Below are positions 58,841-64,000 of a stretch of DNA of 64,000 nucleotides, piece after piece; within the stretch, counting starts at the first letter, position 1; each line of letters starts with the position of its first letter. The notes under the pieces were generated by a model. That model ran no database searches. It was not told the origin of the DNA and saw only the letters and a program-made list of their open reading frames with translations. Source of the stretch: an uncultured Gemmatimonadales bacterium (GTDB taxonomy: Bacteria; Gemmatimonadota; Gemmatimonadetes; Longimicrobiales; Gaopeijiaceae); contig CAWELD010000003.1 in the NCBI GenBank assembly GCA_963809895.1, positions 3,200,001-3,264,000 on the forward strand. Direction: 5' to 3'. A program made the position numbers and the translations under genes.

Positions 58841-59443
58841 ATGATCCGGCGAGCGGTGCGAGGCCTTTGGATTCCCGCGATGGTGCTCTGCACCGTGCCG
58901 GAGGTAGCGGCGTGTCAGCACGTCTTGATCGTCTACCACAGTCGGACCGGACACACGGCACAACTGGCTCAGGCAGTGGCGGAAGGGGCGCGCGGAGTCG
59001 AGGGCAGCGAGGTTCGACTGTTGCCTGTCGACAGTGCCTCACAGGACGACGTGGCCTGGGCAGATGCCCTGATCGTCGGCAGTCCCGTGCATTCCGCCAA
59101 CATCGCTACGCCGATCCTGGACTTCCTGAACACGCTCCCGTTCGATGGGGGGATGCGCGACAAGATCGGGGCTGCGTTCGTGACAGGGGCTGGCATCTCT
59201 TCGGGCGAGGAGACCGTTCAACTCGCCATTCTGCGCGCGCTGTTGGTTTACAACATGATCGTGGTCGGAGGACCCGATTGGACCGAGCCGTTCGGCGCCT
59301 CCGCGGTTACCGGAGAACCCCCATTCGCGGATACTGCAGACACAGCCGCGATCGACTCCATGTTCGCGACGAAAGGCTCGAGGCTGGGTGCCCGGGTCGC
59401 GGAGGTGGCCAAGATGGTGAAGGGCGGTAGCGAGCCACCGTGA
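58841..59443 (+). CDS. flavodoxin/WrbA-like protein
   Basis: VYHSRTGHT, ADALIVGSP and KIGAAF. Confidence 0.85.
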   Translation: MIRRAVRGLWIPAMVLCTVPEVAACQHVLIVYHSRTGHTAQLAQAVAEGARGVEGSEVRLLPVDSASQDDVAWADALIVGSPVHSANIATPILDFLNTLPFDGGMRDKIGAAFVTGAGISSGEETVQLAILRALLVYNMIVVGGPDWTEPFGASAVTGEPPFADTADTAAIDSMFATKGSRLGARVAEVAKMVKGGSEPP

Positions 59444-59554
59444 CCCCGGCCCGGCTGGCTTGGGTCGCGCTGGCAAGAATGGACGGCGCGTGGCATGATG
59501 GCGGGAATCGGGCTGCCGACCGGCAGCGATGCCCCCCCGTCCCGAGCCATTCCC

Positions 59555-61585
59555 ATGTGGACCCCAGTCGTGCATCTCATCACCCCCCGCCGGTCAGCGC
59601 TCATCCTGTGCGTTACCCTCGCCGCCTGCGAATCGACCCAACTCTCGTTCTACACCGCGGACCAGGCCGCCCGAGGCGCCGCCGTCTATGAGAGCCAGTG
59701 CTCGTCCTGCCACCAGCCGGACCTGAGTGGCGGAGGACTCGTCCCCGCCCTGGCGGGTGAGGGGGTGCTGGCGGGATGGGAGGACAGCGGCCTGACGGTA
59801 GACGACCTCTTCTACATCGTCCGCGCCAACATGCCGCCCGGGGCGTCAGCTTCGTTGAGCCCCGACCAACGCCTGGACGTCGTCGCCTACCTGCTTCAGG
59901 AGAACGGCCTGCAAGCAGGCGGCACACCGCTTCGGGCCGAGGCCGACTACCTCTCCGGTCTCGCCCTCAGGGCTGGCAACTCCGAGGCGTCCGGCGCGCG
60001 CGGTGAAGCTCCCACGTACATCGAAGGACCGGGAGGCACGAGCCCGCAGGGGTCCGCGCCCACGGCCACCGAATTGGCCGCGAAACGTACCGGTGACGAG
60101 GATTGGCTCTATCACACGGGCAACTACAGCGGGAGTCGCTATTCCGGCTTGCGACAGATCACCGCCGAGAACGTCGGCGACCTCGGGGTCGTCTGCCGCT
60201 ACACGATGGGCGAACAGTCCAACATGGAGACCGGCCCCATCGTGCATGCGGGCACCATCTACGTCACGACCCTCCATGAGACCGCGGCCATCGACGCCAC
60301 GACCTGCGCGGAGCGTTGGACCCACATGTGGGATGCGCCCGCGGGCGACGTGTGGGGCGTCAATCGCGGCGTGGCCGTATCGTCGGGACGCGTGATTCGG
60401 GGCACCTCGGACGGCTACCTCGTCGCCCTCGACGCCGAAACCGGGACTCTGTTGTGGGCGCGACAGGTCGCCGACGCGAGAAAGGGCGAGACCATCACCA
60501 TGGCGCCACTCATCTGGGAGGACCTGGTGCTGGTGGGTCCGGCGGGCAACGAGAACGCCGTCCAGGGATGGGTGGGCGCCTTCTCCGTCGAGGACGGAAC
60601 GCCGCTGTGGAAGTTCGATCTGGTGCCCGGCCCTGGCGAACCCGGCTACGACAGTTGGGACCACTCCAACGGATTTCCCATGGGAGGCGGGGCGACGTGG
60701 ACGCCCATGTCCATGGACGTGGATGAGGGCCTCGTGTTTGTCGCGGCAGGAAATCCCTCTCCTGACTTCCCCGCAGCGCTGAGGGGCGGCGACAACCTCT
60801 ATACCAACTCGGTGGTCGCCCTCGACGCCCGCACCGGTCAGCTCGTCTGGCACGAGCAGCTCGTCCCCTCGGACGACCACGACTGGGATCTAACGCAGGT
60901 GAGTCCCGCCTTCTCGGGCTCCGCCCAGGGCCAGAACAGGAAGCTGCTGGCAACCGTGGGGAAGGAAGGGGTGCTCCGCCTTCTGGACCGGGACGCGCAC
61001 CAGATCCTGTGGGAGACCGCGGTGACGACGCGTGAGAACGCGGATGCGCCCGTGACCGTGGAGGGGACGCATGCGTGTCCTGGGGTCCTCGGGGGCGTCG
61101 AATGGAATGGGCCGGCCTACAATCCGGCCACCCACATGCTCTACACGCCCGCCGTAGACTGGTGTGGAACCTTCTATGCCGCGGACACGGTCCGATATGT
61201 TCCAGGTGCCAACTACCTGGGCGGAACCTACATGGCCGATGCAGACGCGAGCGGTTGGCTCACCGCCGTCGATGTCGAGACCGGTGAGGTGGCATGGCGG
61301 TACGCCTCCCCGCGACCGATGGTCGGGGCGGTGCTCTCGACGGCCGGGGGTCTGGTGCTGGCCGGCGAGGTCACCGGTGATCTGATTGCATTTCAGGCCG
61401 ACTCGGGCGAGGAGTTGGCCAGGATCCCCACCGGTGCGCCCATCGGCGGCGGTGTCGTCACCTACGGGGTGGACCAGCGCCAGTACGTGGCGGTAGCGAC
61501 CGGAATGCCGTCCCCCTTCTGGGCCTCGGAGGATGTCGGGCCGCCGACGATCGTGGTGTTGGCGTTGGGCAGGGGGGGCCCCTGA
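59555..61585 (+). CDS. cytochrome c plus PQQ-dependent dehydrogenase fusion
   Basis: CSSCH heme motif; NRGVA, GDNLYTNSVVALD, HDWD and CPGVLGGVEW. Confidence 0.88.
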   Translation: MWTPVVHLITPRRSALILCVTLAACESTQLSFYTADQAARGAAVYESQCSSCHQPDLSGGGLVPALAGEGVLAGWEDSGLTVDDLFYIVRANMPPGASASLSPDQRLDVVAYLLQENGLQAGGTPLRAEADYLSGLALRAGNSEASGARGEAPTYIEGPGGTSPQGSAPTATELAAKRTGDEDWLYHTGNYSGSRYSGLRQITAENVGDLGVVCRYTMGEQSNMETGPIVHAGTIYVTTLHETAAIDATTCAERWTHMWDAPAGDVWGVNRGVAVSSGRVIRGTSDGYLVALDAETGTLLWARQVADARKGETITMAPLIWEDLVLVGPAGNENAVQGWVGAFSVEDGTPLWKFDLVPGPGEPGYDSWDHSNGFPMGGGATWTPMSMDVDEGLVFVAAGNPSPDFPAALRGGDNLYTNSVVALDARTGQLVWHEQLVPSDDHDWDLTQVSPAFSGSAQGQNRKLLATVGKEGVLRLLDRDAHQILWETAVTTRENADAPVTVEGTHACPGVLGGVEWNGPAYNPATHMLYTPAVDWCGTFYAADTVRYVPGANYLGGTYMADADASGWLTAVDVETGEVAWRYASPRPMVGAVLSTAGGLVLAGEVTGDLIAFQADSGEELARIPTGAPIGGGVVTYGVDQRQYVAVATGMPSPFWASEDVGPPTIVVLALGRGGP

Positions 61586-61683
61586 GGCCCGGAGAAGCCC
61601 GCCGGTCATCCGCAGCGGAGCGCGCGCGTATGCTTCTATAGTTCGCGCGTTTGAGCACGTAGTATGGCAGCCGGAGAAGAGCA

Positions 61684-62115
61684 TTGAGTCGAGGTTCTGA
61701 GCCTGGTGACCATACGCGGGCGATCGGCCGGAGAATACTGTTGATATCTCTCTTGGCGTGGCTCGCTTGCACGGATCCCCTGGCATCGAAGACAGACGGG
61801 ATGGCAGCCGTCTTCCCGGACTTCCCTCCGGTATTCGAGCTCGAGGGTCCCTCCGTCCTAAGCTGGCAATTCGCCTTCGGGACCGGCGCCTGTTGTGGGG
61901 TGGAGTCCAAGTTGGAGCGTGAGATCGAAGGGAACCTCGTGACCTTCGTCCCCCGATTCCGATACGTGCCGTGTGGGGATCGTTGTTTCGCATGGATCAC
62001 AGATGCGGGGGTACACGACTTCTCCGGTCACTCCGAGGTCCGCTTCCGCGTGATGGGGTGGGACGAAGACCGTAGGCTCGTGGAGAAATGGGACTCCGTC
62101 GTCCCCCTCCGGTGA
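61684..62115 (+). CDS. hypothetical lipoprotein
   Basis: Lipobox LAC. Confidence 0.5.
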   Translation: MSRGSEPGDHTRAIGRRILLISLLAWLACTDPLASKTDGMAAVFPDFPPVFELEGPSVLSWQFAFGTGACCGVESKLEREIEGNLVTFVPRFRYVPCGDRCFAWITDAGVHDFSGHSEVRFRVMGWDEDRRLVEKWDSVVPLR

Positions 62116-62670
62116 TGGGGAAGCACCAGAGTGCTCGAGAGATCTTCAACCGGTCGCAGGCGTGTCTGACGTCACTTCTCCTCTGTACCCTGACGGTCGG
62201 TTGGGGCTGTGAAGCCCGCACCGCCGTCTCACCCGGTCTCAGCGGAACCTGTCTCGCTCCTGAAGTCCAACATTGGTCGTGGAAGGCCACTGCCATGGAG
62301 CCGGCGCCCACGCGTCCACATCCCAAATCGCTGCCTCCGGGCGTGCCTGCAGCGTTCGCGTTGACAGATTCGGTCGGACACGGCTTGTTCGGGCGTATTT
62401 CGTCCGAGAAGTCTGGATGGAAGCTCACTTCTCCGGCCCCTGACGAAGTGGGAGTCAGGCGGAGAATACAGGGTGCGAAACTGGCGAGTTGAAGGTGACT
62501 CCCTTCATCTTTCGTGGTCGACCGGCTGGCAGTGGGCCACCGGTGAGTTTGTCCGCGTGGCGCACTCCAACTCATGGCAGGGAGAGCTCAGTTCGGATAC
62601 CGACGAGGTCGGTCCAGGCACCTGGGTCGGCTCAGCGATTCTCCGGGAGGTCGAATGCCCTCGACGCTGA
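62115..62670 (+). pseudogene. hypothetical exported protein, frameshifted; resembles 30688-31173
   Basis: Two frame pieces; WRVEGDSL...WQGEL...VECP. Confidence 0.4.
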
Positions 62671-62691
62671 GGGGCCGGGGGTCGAGCCGAA

Positions 62692-62730
62692 GACCCTGGC
62701 GGAGCAGGCGGCACTCGGCGTAACCTGCGA
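62692..62730 (+). repeat. orphan central motif of family A sites
   Basis: GACCCTGGCGGAGC...GCGTAACCTGCGA. Confidence 0.75.
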
Positions 62731-62837
62731 GTGGCGCCGTTGGATGAGGCTGCGCCGACCAATCGCTTCCGCGGCACCAGCGAGCCCAGAAGCAGAGAGG
62801 CTCGGGGGGACTCGGGCAGGAACACAGGAGCTGAACA

Positions 62838-63494
62838 GTGGCTGTTGAAGCAGGCCCTCTGGTTCCGACCAGCGACGACGCACAGCACCGCGCGTACGTA
62901 AGAAGATTCGCCTGGATCGGCATTGCAGTGGTCATTCTGGCCTTGATCCCCGTGTTCCTCGCGATCGGTCAGGAGGAGTTTCGTACTGTCGGCTGGCTGC
63001 TCGCTCCCGGCGGCTTCTTGATCTTCCGGGCAATTCAGGCGCTCCGTCATCCCGAGCGCGTGGCGCGATTCCAGAAACGAGTGAAGACCGACCAACTCCT
63101 CGGCCCAGTAGTGCCGTACATCGAAGAGGGCCTGTCTGAGGCCAATAGGGCTAGCCGACGACTGGCCGTTCAGGACGCGCTCGACGCCATAGAGCGCCAG
63201 AGGGGTACTCTGCGCGGGTCGGCGGGCGGGCAGATCGCAGCCGGCATCGGGACCGTGGGGTGGCTGATTGGCGCCATCGTCTCTCTGGTCAAGCATGACC
63301 TGGCCTCGGCCGGCATCTGTGTCATCCCAGCGGTCGGATTCGGAAGTCTCTGGCTGTACCTGACCCGAGTGAGCAAACGACTCAAGAGTTCACAGGTTGT
63401 GCTCGAAGAGCAGCTGCGATCGCTGGAAGCACACGATGACATGCCGGCTGGGGGCCGTCTCAGCGGCCCGCAGACCGAACCTCCGGATTCATGA
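62838..63494 (+). CDS. hypothetical membrane protein
   Basis: Four TM segments. Confidence 0.65.
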   Translation: MAVEAGPLVPTSDDAQHRAYVRRFAWIGIAVVILALIPVFLAIGQEEFRTVGWLLAPGGFLIFRAIQALRHPERVARFQKRVKTDQLLGPVVPYIEEGLSEANRASRRLAVQDALDAIERQRGTLRGSAGGQIAAGIGTVGWLIGAIVSLVKHDLASAGICVIPAVGFGSLWLYLTRVSKRLKSSQVVLEEQLRSLEAHDDMPAGGRLSGPQTEPPDS

Positions 63495-63539
63495 GTGATC
63501 TCGGGGCCCCTGTGGAGTCCGACACCGGGAGGGGACCCA

Positions 63540-64000
63540 TCACGGCATGCGGACCATGGGCGGTTTGTGGAAGAGGCACCCCCCCGCTCCGATCACCAGC
63601 AGAGACATGACCCCGCAGTAGCGGTCGCCGTGTCCGGTCACGAGTCCCACAGGCCGGACACCGGTTGGGATTCGGAATGATCGAGAGGTGGCAAGCGACT
63701 CGCCGGGACCCAGGAGTGTGTCGAGGGGGATTGCGTCGCTCGCCACCTCGGGCGCGAACCGTCGCCCGTGCTCGTCAAGAAGGTAGATCCAGGCCCCCCG
63801 TGCCCGCTGGGATACGCGACGAGCGCGGCTGTAGAGGCGAAGGCCCACATCGTAGGAGAGCCCTGCGGGGGCGGACATGGTGGCGACGGTCACGGCCTCG
63901 ACGGTCAGACACCAGTCGTCGAAGCACCACGGCTCGCCCACGCGAACGACTCGCTGCGGCTTCAAGAAGGACACGCCGAGGCCAACCACGAGGTACCCGG
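63540..64000 (-). CDS. hypothetical protein (partial)
   Basis: GEPWCFDDWCLTV...IYLLDEHGRRF; first non-IS minus-strand gene after the array. Confidence 0.6.
   Translation of the reverse strand, partial: GYLVVGLGVSFLKPQRVVRVGEPWCFDDWCLTVEAVTVATMSAPAGLSYDVGLRLYSRARRVSQRARGAWIYLLDEHGRRFAPEVASDAIPLDTLLGPGESLATSRSFRIPTGVRPVGLVTGHGDRYCGVMSLLVIGAGGCLFHKPPMVRMP

Noticed and set aside
11291..63494. Prophage or ICE
   Set aside because: No structural, replication or conjugation genes, and no flanking att duplication was seen.

Overview
GC-rich bacterial window. The taxon is probably Gemmatimonadota-like; this is inferred from gene content (6-bladed beta-propeller lipoproteins, PadR plus duplicated ABC permease) and not verified. 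Positions 1-11.2 kb hold ordinary chromosomal genes, including a selD with an in-frame UGA and a SECIS-like hairpin. At 11291-12394 there is a tyrosine recombinase with an extra N-terminal HARP/DUF5710-like domain. It lacks the IntI-specific insertion, yet it heads a co-oriented integron-like cassette array. About 20 cassettes (13.1-36.2 kb) are delimited by TAAC...ACGTT sites of several families. These include long branched sites (~95-170 bp) and 18-bp mini sites of the form TAA-AAGGAG-TTA. Most intact cassettes have complementary ends of 8-16 bp. Cargo includes three ORF-less structured cassettes, many toxin-antitoxin pairs, OLD nuclease plus HEPN-like protein, DUF5131 plus TcmP, and a kinase-TPR protein. 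Two IS110/IS1111 elements sit precisely inside cassette sites and carry visible target- and donor-matching guides in their non-coding ends. From 36 to 63.5 kb all genes remain on the + strand, with eroded site remnants and frameshifts, consistent with an old, decaying distal array. All family assignments come from motif recognition by eye; no searches were run.
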